A DNA stretch of 64,000 nt from the NCBI GenBank assembly GCA_900317515.1, contig ONHA01000015.1:2049-66048 (forward strand), given 5' to 3'. Source of the stretch: an uncultured Eubacteriales bacterium (GTDB lineage Bacteria; Bacillota; Clostridia; Lachnospirales; Lachnospiraceae). Shown piece after piece: positions 1 to 8,672 of the stretch (its first letter is position 1; each line of letters begins with the position of its first letter). The notes under the pieces were generated by a model. That model was not told the DNA's origin and made no database searches. It worked only from the letters and a program-made list of their open reading frames with translations. The translations under genes were made by a program, and so were the position numbers.

Positions 1-366
1 GGAAAGGCGTCGGATTGTAACACGAAGTCGGGCGAGCAGTTCTTCTACAGAGAAAGGCTTTGTCAGATAATCGTCAGCGCCTGCATCCAGAGCGGTAATT
101 TTATCATCATCTTCACTTCTGGCGCTGATGACGATAATCGGCATATTTGACCAACTTCTGATCTGCCTGATAATCTCAATACCATCCATATCCGGAAGGC
201 CCAGATCCAGAAACACGACATCGGGGTTGTGGGATGATGCCATCATGATAGCATCCCGGCCTGTCGGTGCTGTCAAGTATTTATAGTCGTGTGTTTTTAG
301 CGTTGTACTCATCAGATTGCGAACCGGAGCGTCGTCCTCAACAACAAGAATTACAGGTTTATTCAT
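1..366 (-). CDS. kdpE: KdpE-type OmpR-family response regulator (3' end runs off the window)
   Basis: Manual translation from the ATG at 366: MNKPVILVVEDDAPVRNLM...VVFLDLGLPDMDGIEIIRQIRSWSNMPIIVISAR...AGADDYLTKPFSVEELLARLR. It overlaps the kdpD stop. Not in the ORF track because it is partial. Confidence 0.9.
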   Translation of the reverse strand, partial: MNKPVILVVEDDAPVRNLMSTTLKTHDYKYLTAPTGRDAIMMASSHNPDVVFLDLGLPDMDGIEIIRQIRSWSNMPIIVISARSEDDDKITALDAGADDYLTKPFSVEELLARLRVTIRRLS

Positions 367-2304
367 GGATTGTCATCTCCTCTGCCGGCAGAGAAAAAGT
401 AAAGCAGCAGCCGGTTGGATGATTGTCTGCCAGGGTTATCATCCCTCCGTGGGCCTCTACAATGGATTTGCACAACGCAAGGCCGAGGCCGATTCCTCTT
501 CTGCTGTCAGATACATTGGTTTGCCCTGTATAGAACATCTCGAAGATATGCGGCTTCATACTGTCTGAGATGCCGGGACCATTGTCTTTAACATGTACAA
601 GGATAGTATCATCTGCCTTCTCGCTGATAATGATGATTTCAGAGCCGGGTTGGGTGTTTTTTACGGCGTTGTTGAGCAGATTGATCAATACCTGTGTGAT
701 AAGTCTTGCGTCCATCCTGGCAATCAGGACATCGCTGCTTTGCTGAACGATGATATGATGCTGGGAAGCGTTTTTGTCAATATGCCGCAATGCCTCTTCA
801 ATTACATCATTTACAACTTCCAGGGACAGATGAAGATCCATTTGTCCATTTTCAATACGTGAAATGGAGAGCAGGTTCTCAACAAGATCGATCAGCCACT
901 CCGAATCATCATAGATGTCGGAGAAGATCTGCTTTAATGTCTCTGTCTCCATCTGATCATAATGTGTCAGTAGGTTGGTTGCGTTCCCCGATATGGATGT
1001 AAGCGGGGTCCGGATATCATGAGAAATCGAGCGCAGCAGATTTGACCGGAGCTGCTCGTTCCGCATGGCGATCGCCGCCTGCTCCTTCTCTTCAGCGTTT
1101 CGGAGCCCTTCCAGCGCCAAGGCACATTCGCCGATGATTGAGGAGAAAACACTGTACTCAAACGCTTCAAGACTGTCGCCATTTAAGTAAATAGCAATGA
1201 CGCCGTAACAATATCCATTTATGCAGATGGGATGATACAGCGATTTTGCCTTGCCGAACATCTCGGTATGAGCGCCGGCAGCAGCCTGATTGAGAAAGAC
1301 CCATTGCGCGATCTCGGCTTCGTTCTCGTCCTGCCCGGATGATCTGTAGTAATATGGGGAGGCATTCAGCGCCACAGCGCTTCCAAGCTCTTTGCTTTCA
1401 GAGCATGGGAATACCATCACGTCACGGTCCAGCAGCGTTTTTACCTGCTGTGCGGTGATACGGATCACATCTTCTGCAGATTCTGCCTTCTGCAGCAATT
1501 GGTTCGTATCAAAGAGGACCTTCGCCCGAAATGCCTCCCGGGATGATTGTCTGGCGTTTCCCTTCAACTTATTTGCCAACGTACCGGTAATAAGAGAGAC
1601 GATCAGCATGATCGCAAACGTGACAACATACTCGGGCTCATATGTATGGAAACTGAGCTTTGGGTCAATGAAAAACCAGTTGAACAACAGTACACTTGCC
1701 AGAGAACTCACGGCGCTATAGAGCGGGCTGACAGTCACAACAGAAATCATCAATACGCCAAGAATAAAAACAGTAATGATATTTGCTTCTGAAAACCCGA
1801 ACAGTGTGAAAAGAAGTCCTACTCCGGTGGAGGCAATGAGCAGCAGAAGCGTGATGAGGGAATCCCTCCGTGTTGGGTGGATCTGGTTTGTAAGGTTAAG
1901 TTTTTGGGTTTGTTGCTTTATATCCGCTGAAGAATCAGGTATGATATAAACATCCACGTCCGGCGCATTCAGAATGATCTGTTCTGTCAGAGAAGCCTTG
2001 CTCCAGAAGTGCGGCCTTTTTGCACCACTCCGGCCTACCACGATTTTCGTAGTGCCGGAAATGTGGGCGTATTCGGCTATTTCAATAGGAACATCATTGC
2101 CTACAACATTAATAATGGTAGCGCCGTTTTGCTCAGCGAACTTTATGTTGTTTTGAAGGCGGATCTTGTCTGATTCAGGAAGAGAATCATAATTGGAGGG
2201 CTTCACATAGATGGCTGTAAGCCAGCATTTATGACCTTTTGGTTTGATGGTGAGGAGGAAAGACAAACAAGGATTCGCTCACCACTTTCATAATTCTTTT
2301 CCAT
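359..2304 (-). pseudogene. kdpD: KdpD-like sensor histidine kinase (USP + 4TM + GAF + HisKA + HATPase), frameshifted near the N-terminus
   Basis: An RBS-preceded ATG at 2304 gives MEKNYESGERILVCLSSSPSNQKVINAG then a stop at 2203-2205. The rest of the protein (LTAIYV..., LRSISHDIRTPLT H-box, GIGLGL G-box) is in another frame (ORF 359..2266). Confidence 0.8.
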
Positions 2305-2334
2305 CTCCTCACCTCTTTCATTTGCTTAAAAATT

Positions 2335-2345
2335 ATTATATCACA
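2335..2345 (-). promoter_or_regulatory. Extended -10 promoter (TGnTATAAT) upstream of kdpD
   Basis: The minus strand reads TGTGATATAAT about 30 bp upstream of the ATG at 2304. Confidence 0.55.
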
Positions 2346-2360
2346 GAGGACAGCCTTCTT

Positions 2361-2675
2361 CTACTGCCGGAGATCGTATTTAATCGTATAGCCAGACGCT
2401 TCCAGGTGCTCGATGATGTGCGGATCGAGCGACTTACAGATAATGATTTCGTATTCTTCATCATCCGGCAGTGCATCCAGCATGGAGTTGACCTCTTGAG
2501 ATATCGCCTTTACACCCTTTCCCTCAGTCTCAGCTATATAGACCTTCCTGCTTGGCTTCTGTGGCTCCCAATAGCCACGGAAATTCTCATCCATAAATTT
2601 ACCAAAATGGTCTACCACAAAATACCCGAAAGCGAAGATGGCAAGCATCATTATAGCCAACAGGATGTCTTCCAC
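2361..2675 (-). CDS. Small hypothetical protein with an N-terminal TM helix, between ktr and kdpD
   Basis: 104-aa ORF with a hydrophobic N-terminus and an upstream GAGGAGG RBS. Confidence 0.7.
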   Translation of the reverse strand: MEDILLAIMMLAIFAFGYFVVDHFGKFMDENFRGYWEPQKPSRKVYIAETEGKGVKAISQEVNSMLDALPDDEEYEIIICKSLDPHIIEHLEASGYTIKYDLRQ

Positions 2676-2709
2676 GCGAATTCACCTCCTCTACGGGATA
2701 CAGAAAGGG

Positions 2710-4671
2710 CTAAATCTTAAAGCACTTTTGCATAGATTTTCGCTCCCCAAGCACGAGCATCGTCTTATTCTCGTTGAGAATTGTTTCTGGTGTTACAGAA
2801 AGATTCATTTTCCCGTTCTCTTTTATCGCCAAAATATTGATTCCGTAGCGTTTCCTTATGTCGATCTGCCCGATGGATTTTCCGATCCAGTCCTTTGGAA
2901 CAGACACTTCGTAGATTGCATGGTCATCATCAAGATTGATATAATCTAAGATATGATTGGACGTATAACGTATCGCCGCCCACTGGGCGATTTGCTTTTC
3001 GGGATTGATCACCTCGTCCGCCCCGTTTCTGAGCAGGAATTTTGCCTGAACCTCTCTGTCGGCACGGGACACAACAAGTCTTCCGCCTAACTCCTTCAGC
3101 AGGGATGTGGTTTCCAGCGAGCTTTGAAAGTCACTGCCTATCGTCACGATGCAGACATCAAAATTATTGATTCCGAGCGAGCGCAGGAAAGCCTCATTTG
3201 TACTGTCCCCGATCTGCGCATCTGTGACCAAAGGAAGGATCGCGTTAATTCGCGCCTCGTCCCGATCCACAGCCAAGACCTGATGCCCGAGATCGTGCAG
3301 CTGCTTTGCAATCATGGTTCCGAAATTGTTGATGCCACATCCGACGATTATCTTCTCTACAGGCCTCTGAGAGACATTGGTGCTTTTGCTGTTAATGGCA
3401 GCATAAATCAATGTCAGGCCACCCACTCGTCCTAAGAACATTAAAAGAATAAGTATAATGTGTGAAACAAGGCTGAGCGAAGGGGTAATCCCCAACGACA
3501 AACCGACCGTTCCGATAGCAGAAACTGTCTCAAAAATGCAGGCCCCGATCGGAAGTCCATCCGCCATGCTGATCACGGCAGCACCAATCATCGACAGAAT
3601 CAGATACATCAATAAGAGCGTTGCTGCGTTTCTGATCGTGCTGTCTTCTATCCTTCTTCCGAACAGCTGCGCGCTTTTTTTCCTCCGAAAGACTGAGACG
3701 GCGCCTGCAAAAAGAACGGCGATCGTCGTTGTCTTCATACCTCCTGCAGTCGATCCGGGGGATCCTCCGATCAGCATCAATACAACCAGCAGCATCCTTC
3801 CTGTCCCCGACAGATAAGAAAAGGAAACTGTATTGAAGCCTGCGGTTCTGGGTGTGATTGCCTGGAACAGGGAGAGGAAGACCCTGCCCTTGACAGCTCC
3901 GCTGGTATACTCAAATAAAAGCAAAAGAAGCATTGGAACGATGATCAGGGCTCCGGTTGTTGCAAGAACGACTTTACTTTGCATACGGTAGCTGCGAATG
4001 TGAAGCTTGTTGGTGGCAATATCTTCCCAGGTAAGGAATCCTATCCCTCCAATGATGATCAGCAAACAAATCGGAATCACGATTCCGGGATTCGAAGCAA
4101 AGGATGTCAGAGAGGAAAAAGGGCCTGTCTTGTCGCCCATAATGTCAAAGCCTGCGTTGCAGAATGCTGATACGGAATGAAAAACGGACATCCATATTCC
4201 GGAAAGACCATACCGCCCGCAAAATACAGGAAGCATGATCAGTGTGCCGGAAAGCTCGGCAACCAGTGCGATCTTAAAGACAAAACCTGTCATTTTTACG
4301 ATCCCGCCGATTTGATGGGCTGAGATGCTGTCCTGAAGCATGCTGCGCTGCAGCAGAGTAATCTTTCTCCCGGAAAGCATCGCAATGAATGCTGCGACGG
4401 ATACGATCCCCAGACCTCCGATTTGGATCAGGATCAGAATCACGGCCTGACCAAACCCGGACCAGTATGAAGCGGTATCTCTCACGACCAATCCTGTAAC
4501 GCACACGGCGGATGTGGATGTGAACAGGGCATCCTCGAGTGACGCGCTGCTGCCCTCCTTTACTGCAAAGGGAAGCATCAGCAGAGCTGTTCCAATCAGT
4601 ATTAATCCCAAAAATCCAAAGATGATAATTTGAAAGGGGGATAGTTTCTTTCCTAAAAAACGAATAACCAT
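2710..4671 (-). CDS. Fused TrkH/KtrB K+ transporter and TrkA/KtrA RCK regulatory subunit
   Basis: SAVCVTGL, SAFCNAGF, PRTAGF, GGSPGSTAGG and SAIGTVGLS pore motifs followed in frame by RCK_N and RCK_C domains. Start moved to the ATG at 4671 (GAAAGGAGG RBS). Confidence 0.9.
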   Translation of the reverse strand: MVIRFLGKKLSPFQIIIFGFLGLILIGTALLMLPFAVKEGSSASLEDALFTSTSAVCVTGLVVRDTASYWSGFGQAVILILIQIGGLGIVSVAAFIAMLSGRKITLLQRSMLQDSISAHQIGGIVKMTGFVFKIALVAELSGTLIMLPVFCGRYGLSGIWMSVFHSVSAFCNAGFDIMGDKTGPFSSLTSFASNPGIVIPICLLIIIGGIGFLTWEDIATNKLHIRSYRMQSKVVLATTGALIIVPMLLLLLFEYTSGAVKGRVFLSLFQAITPRTAGFNTVSFSYLSGTGRMLLVVLMLIGGSPGSTAGGMKTTTIAVLFAGAVSVFRRKKSAQLFGRRIEDSTIRNAATLLLMYLILSMIGAAVISMADGLPIGACIFETVSAIGTVGLSLGITPSLSLVSHIILILLMFLGRVGGLTLIYAAINSKSTNVSQRPVEKIIVGCGINNFGTMIAKQLHDLGHQVLAVDRDEARINAILPLVTDAQIGDSTNEAFLRSLGINNFDVCIVTIGSDFQSSLETTSLLKELGGRLVVSRADREVQAKFLLRNGADEVINPEKQIAQWAAIRYTSNHILDYINLDDDHAIYEVSVPKDWIGKSIGQIDIRKRYGINILAIKENGKMNLSVTPETILNENKTMLVLGERKSMQKCFKI

Positions 4672-4705
4672 ATTCTGCCTCCTTTCAAATACTGTGAGCA
4701 CATTG

Positions 4706-4779
4706 TATAACGCGAGCTGCAAAGATGGCATTAAGGTACTATGCCTTAGAATTAAAATTGCATAAAGATGGGATAAAGC
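4706..4779 (-). promoter_or_regulatory. Putative ktr promoter with tandem OmpR/KdpE-type boxes
   Basis: AAAGATGGCATTAAGG (4721-4736) and AAAGATGGGATAAAGC (4764-4779), TAAA half-sites at about 11-bp spacing, and a TATACAAT -10-like element on the minus strand. Confidence 0.4.
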
Positions 4780-4804
4780 CCTGTACGCCTCAAACTTGCA
4801 GGGC
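4778..4804 (-). terminator. Intrinsic terminator-like hairpin
   Basis: GCCCTGTA...TGCAGGGC stem followed by TTT on the minus strand. Confidence 0.5.
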
Positions 4805-4851
4805 GTTTCTATGTATGCACCGCAGGGGCTCCTGCGGTGTGTTTTTCTGTC

Positions 4852-5043
4852 TTAGTGTCCTCTGTCATAGCTATAGCTGCGGTGCCGGGGCTCCTGCCGC
4901 CTTGCGCCGTTCCGTCTCTTTGCCTCTGCCTCCATATCCCGGAGCTTCTTTCGGATGCTCTCCTTTTCAGGCGGTTTCTGCTGGGGCATTTCTTCGCCTT
5001 TGACCTGACGCTCCCATGCGACCAGATCACGGTTGTTCGTCGA
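4852..5043 (-). pseudogene. C-terminal remnant of a mobilisation/conjugation-element protein
   Basis: Start-less frame ...NNRDLVAWERQVKGEEMPQQKPPEKESIRKKLRDMEAEAKRRN...RSYSYDRGH*. This charged tail style recalls Firmicute ICE/IME proteins (inference). It is bounded upstream by an in-frame TGA. Confidence 0.35.
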
Positions 5044-5115
5044 TCAGGCAAAGCAGAAGCTGATCGAAAAAGGTACATAAGTACCGTGGCACCTTGAAAT
5101 ACGAATACGGGAACG

Positions 5116-5140
5116 AAAAAAGCCGGTCATAAAGACCGGC
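5116..5140 (-). terminator. Intrinsic terminator
   Basis: GCCGGTC-ATAAA-GACCGGC with an A6 tract on the plus strand (U tract on the minus strand). Confidence 0.6.
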
Positions 5141-5292
5141 GGATATGGTTAACAACGAGGAAAATGGACACGGCATTTATGCCGGTGGACATTTGACGAC
5201 TGTCTCCACGGAGGCGATAGCCGACGTGGTAACACGCACACCATATGTCACAGACCCGATTGCCACGGATACGGAAAGGAGAATCACGATCT

Positions 5293-5805
5293 ATGGCAAA
5301 AGGATCTGTCAGAAAGAAAGGCAAAAAGTGGTACTACCGCTTCTACGTGGAAAACGAAAGCGGAAATCTGGTGCAGAAGGAATACGCCGGGACGGAAAGC
5401 AAGTCCGAGACGGAAGCCCTGCTCCGAAAGGCAATGGAGGACTACGAGGCAAAGAAGTTCGTTGCCAGGTCCGAAAACGTCACGGTGGGCGATCTGCTGG
5501 ATATGTGGATCGAGGAAGATGTCAAGCCCGGCAATCTCTCCAACGGTACGGTAATGGCTTATCAGGGGGCTGTGGGACGCATCAAGCAGTTTCCCATCGG
5601 CAGCCGGAAGCTCAAAAACGTCACCTCGGAGCATTTGCAGGCGTTCTTCGATCTTCTGTCCTTCGGAGGCACCAATGCTGACGGTACAGAGGTCAAACCG
5701 CACAGCCGCGGCTATATGCGGCAGTTTTCGGCGGTGATGCAGGGCGCATTCTTTGTAAGAACCCGGAACTATCTCCCAATCACAAACTCAACACCCAGGG
5801 TATAG
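5293..5805 (+). pseudogene. Truncated tyrosine recombinase/integrase (arm-binding and core-binding domains only)
   Basis: MAKGSVRKKGKKWYYRFYVE...TVGDLLDMWIE...LKNVTSEHLQAFFD after a GAAAGGAG RBS. Resemblance ends at about 5751 (SAVMQGAF) and no catalytic RHRY domain follows. Confidence 0.85.
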
Positions 5806-5930
5806 GTATCATAATCCCCCGGGCCTCTCAAATCCATGATTCTGACCATAAGCCTGTAGCTGCCGTTATTAAGGCATTTCGAAAGACACACCTTATGAAC
5901 ATTTGTAAAATATTTTTACTTCAAAGAATA

Positions 5931-5956
5931 AAGGGCTTCGGTCTCCCGAAACCCTT
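5931..5956. terminator. Hairpin downstream of the duplicated tRNA 3' end
   Basis: AAGGGCTTCGG-TCTC-CCGAAACCCTT, an imperfect stem with AT-rich flanks. Confidence 0.45.
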
Positions 5957-5963
5957 ATATTTA

Positions 5964-6031
5964 TTGAGTCGATGCGACAGGATTTTCCCGTCAGAACGTC
6001 CACCGGACGTTCTGACCCTCTGCGTCCCGAA
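5964..6031 (-). repeat. Interrupted duplicate of the tRNA-Pro 3' half (att-like)
   Basis: TTGAGTCGATGCGACAGGATTT at 5964-5985 equals 6115-6136, and CCTCTGCGTCCCGAA at 6017-6031 equals 6147-6161. The two blocks are separated by the palindrome TCAGAACGTCC-ACC-GGACGTTCTGA (5991-6015). Confidence 0.9.
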
Positions 6032-6078
6032 AGTTCGGTCCTGCAGAAGCCGCAGATTCGATTCTCTCACTTCGTGTC

Positions 6079-6116
6079 AAACAAAAACGGATGCCATTCG
6101 GCATCCGTTTCTGTTT
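6079..6116 (-). terminator. tRNA-Pro terminator hairpin
   Basis: AAACAAAAACGGATGCC-ATTC-GGCATCCGTTTCTGTTT directly downstream of the tRNA. Confidence 0.7.
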
Positions 6117-6119
6117 GAG

Positions 6120-6193
6120 TCGATGCGACAGGATTTGAACCTGCGACCTCTGCGTCCCGAACGCAGCGCTCTACCAAACTGAGCCACGCATCG
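6120..6193 (-). tRNA. tRNA-Pro (anticodon CGG), CCA not encoded
   Basis: Minus strand CGATGCGTGGCTCAGTTTGGTAGAGCGCTGCGTTCGGGACGCAGAGGTCGCAGGTTCAAATCCTGTCGCATCGA folds into a cloverleaf with anticodon loop TTCGGGA. Confidence 0.97.
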
Positions 6194-6226
6194 ATTGCCT
6201 TGGGGTGTTCCCCGACAGCAATAGTA

Positions 6227-6255
6227 ATTATAATCATGTAGCTCCCATTTGTCAA
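6227..6255 (-). promoter_or_regulatory. Consensus sigma-A promoter of the tRNA gene
   Basis: TTGACA-N17-TATAAT, a perfect match on the minus strand. Confidence 0.85.
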
Positions 6256-6290
6256 CAACTTTTTTCGAATTTTTTCAAACAATTTGCAAT

Positions 6291-6971
6291 TTATTCATCG
6301 TCCGGGGTTCTCGCATAGAGGACCCCGAAAACCACGGCCAAAACGACAAAGATAGTAGAGCCTGCCCCGACGAGCAGTGACAGGACTGTCAGCACCATGA
6401 AGACGACCATGAAGATGAACATCTTTTTCTTCCTGCCGGTCACGCCCCGGGAGCCTGACGTAAAAGCCCCGCTCTCCCACTCCGGGGATGCATCTCTTCG
6501 CTGCATTCTCATGTCGCGCCGCACCGGATTCGGATCCCGCACGATCCTGCGCCCGTAGGAATCCTGAAAGCGATCGGTCAGAATCAGAATGATATCTATG
6601 AACCAGCCAAAACCAAATATGCCGAGGGTACACAGGTAGAGAACCCCTCTTCCGATCCTCCCCGCATAAAAATGGTGTGCGCCGAACAAACCGAGAAAAA
6701 TGCACAGAAGCAGCGTCTCCAGCCAGTCCTTCTGAGACACGATCGGAGCCGAATAGCTCTCACCCGACAAAGGCCGCGTATCTCCGTAGCTGTATTCGCT
6801 TGCCCCGCTCTTCTTCTCCGGTCCCCCCTGAAAATAGAAATTATTGATCACCTGCTTACTCGAATGATCCTCGATATTATTGACGGTCTCCGGCGCCGTT
6901 CTCGGCATCTCCGCCCCGCAGTACTCGCAGAATTTGCCGGTCACCTGGGCTCCGCAGTTCGGGCATTTCAT
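6291..6971 (-). CDS. Zinc-ribbon and TM2-domain membrane protein
   Basis: MKCPNCGA...KFCEYCG at the N-terminus and LLLCIFLGLFGAHHFYAGRIGRG (TM2 signature). Confidence 0.85.
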   Translation of the reverse strand: MKCPNCGAQVTGKFCEYCGAEMPRTAPETVNNIEDHSSKQVINNFYFQGGPEKKSGASEYSYGDTRPLSGESYSAPIVSQKDWLETLLLCIFLGLFGAHHFYAGRIGRGVLYLCTLGIFGFGWFIDIILILTDRFQDSYGRRIVRDPNPVRRDMRMQRRDASPEWESGAFTSGSRGVTGRKKKMFIFMVVFMVLTVLSLLVGAGSTIFVVLAVVFGVLYARTPDDE

Positions 6972-7143
6972 TTTACGCCACCTCACTCAAAAAATGTGAT
7001 GAAAAAGCCTTTTCATCCATCCGTATTGTATGCAACTTCCATTTGGAAACCCATCCCCAAAATATTTCCAAACGCAAATCTCTCTCCCCTCTTTCCGAAA
7101 TATGCCTTATAATAAATACAGCATGACAAGGAGAGGTATCAAT

Positions 7144-8172
7144 ATGAAATCATCGACCTTAAAACTACCGACGATTCCCAACGAGCTCAGACTCGGCTGC
7201 ATCGCCTCCCTCTATTTTGAGGAGGTCAGGGATGTGCCCATGCCGAAACAGATCGAGGTGCTGGATACATTTTTCAAAGGCTTTATCGTGGAGGAGATCC
7301 CGTCCGACGGCCAGACCAAGCAGAATGCGGTCTACGATGATATTGACGGTCATATCAAGGCGGTGCGCTATCAGGGGAGCTATCACACCGGCCAGAGCAA
7401 GCGTGTGACCCAGATCATAGGGCGGCTGATCGGTACCGCAAAAAAAGGGATCGAGAAGGAGCGAAAGACTGCCTCCATCATTCAGGAAAGGATCGCCGGC
7501 GAGCTAGCCAATGATATCACTCGTGTAAATGAAGTGCGCCTCACCGTCATTGCCCTGTTTGAAAGCTTATCGGAACCGGAACTCGAGCGCTTCTACCTGA
7601 CATTTGCGAATTACATCAATGCGGTCGTCGCCCGCCGCGAGGCTATCAGCGAGCGCGACAAGGAGCTCGAGCTCTTCCCGATGAACGACGAGATCTTCTA
7701 CGATCTCATGAACTGCGTGATCGATGAGTGGAACAAAGACGAGCTGGAGCCGAAAGTAAACTCCGTAACCTGGCTGCTCTTAGGCGCCCTGCTCCGCAAC
7801 CGGATCAGCCGGCTCACCTACGTCTACGACAGCGCCTTCAACTTAAGAAGAGCCCAGCCGGCCGCGATCCGGGAGGATGAGGACTTCGAGTATTATTATG
7901 AGGGTGATGACCTGGACAAGCGCTTCCCGGGGATCGAGTGGTACTGCGACCGCTGCGGTGAGCATTTAAACGAGCAGGAGGGCTTCGACGACCACCACCA
8001 TATCTGGAAATGCACAAACTGCGGCTATAAAAATGCCATCGAGATCCGAAACATCTACGATCCCGATGACTTCGAGGTGAACGGCGGCCAGCCGACCGTC
8101 CCTGACAAGTTTTTCAAGGCTTTAAAGGAGCGGACGGACGAGCTGGACGAAATGAACGGGGACGGTTCCTGA
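7144..8172 (+). CDS. Hypothetical protein with a C-terminal 4-Cys zinc finger
   Basis: ATG at 7144 after an AGGAGAGG RBS; WYCDRCGEHLNEQEGF...WKCTNCGYKN. Confidence 0.8.
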   Translation: MKSSTLKLPTIPNELRLGCIASLYFEEVRDVPMPKQIEVLDTFFKGFIVEEIPSDGQTKQNAVYDDIDGHIKAVRYQGSYHTGQSKRVTQIIGRLIGTAKKGIEKERKTASIIQERIAGELANDITRVNEVRLTVIALFESLSEPELERFYLTFANYINAVVARREAISERDKELELFPMNDEIFYDLMNCVIDEWNKDELEPKVNSVTWLLLGALLRNRISRLTYVYDSAFNLRRAQPAAIREDEDFEYYYEGDDLDKRFPGIEWYCDRCGEHLNEQEGFDDHHHIWKCTNCGYKNAIEIRNIYDPDDFEVNGGQPTVPDKFFKALKERTDELDEMNGDGS

Positions 8173-8184
8173 AGAATCGTCCCC
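8158..8184. repeat. REP-like palindrome overlapping a stop codon between convergent genes
   Basis: GGGGACGGTTC-CTGAA-GAATCGTCCCC, the same core as the cluster at 45667-45758. Confidence 0.65.
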
Positions 8185-8201
8185 GTTTCCGTCTGCCCTG
8201 A

Positions 8202-8669
8202 TTATTTCAGCAGGCACACCGCCTGCGCCGCGATCCCGAGGCCTTCCCCGGTAAACCCGAGGCCCTCCTCCGTCGTGGCTTTCACGTTCACCTGAGACAA
8301 GCCGATTGCAAGATCCTCCGCGATATTGTTCCGCATCGCCTCGATATGAGGCCGCATCTTCGGCCTCTGGGCGATGATGGTGGCGTCGATATTTTCGACT
8401 GTGTAACCGGCATCCGCCAAAAGCTGCCGCACACGACGGAGCAGCACCCTGGAGTCTATGTCCTTGAATTCTGCCCCGGTATCCGGAAAATGAAGCCCGA
8501 TATCACCGAGCGCCGCAGCCCCCAAAAGCGCATCCATGATCGCATGAAGAAGCACATCCGCGTCCGAGTGGCCAAGGAGGCCCTTCTCATAGGGGATCTC
8601 AACGCCGCCGATGATCAGCTTCCTGTTCTCCGTAAGTCTGTGTACATCATATCCGGTTCCGATTCTCAT
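8202..8669 (-). CDS. ispF: 2-C-methyl-D-erythritol 2,4-cyclodiphosphate synthase
   Basis: [17 protein letters not shown] and [12 protein letters not shown] motifs. Confidence 0.97.
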   Translation of the reverse strand: MRIGTGYDVHRLTENRKLIIGGVEIPYEKGLLGHSDADVLLHAIMDALLGAAALGDIGLHFPDTGAEFKDIDSRVLLRRVRQLLADAGYTVENIDATIIAQRPKMRPHIEAMRNNIAEDLAIGLSQVNVKATTEEGLGFTGEGLGIAAQAVCLLK

Positions 8670-8672
8670 TTT

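Larger units (their letters stand above)
1..5985. mobile_element. Decayed integrative element/genomic island at tRNA-Pro carrying kdpDE-ktr cargo (left end outside the window)
   Basis: Integrase remnant pointing toward a duplicated tRNA 3' end, a mobilisation-gene remnant, and visibly lower GC than the flanking core genes. Confidence 0.6.

Noticed and set aside
4809-5324. ORF-track calls at 4809..5078, 4837..5097 and 5127..5324
   Set aside because: No RBS or recognisable content. The region is better explained as gene remnants and terminators of the decayed element.
5895-6282. 95-aa and 71-aa ORFs
   Set aside because: They overlap the tRNA gene, its promoter and its terminators, so they are not credible proteins.
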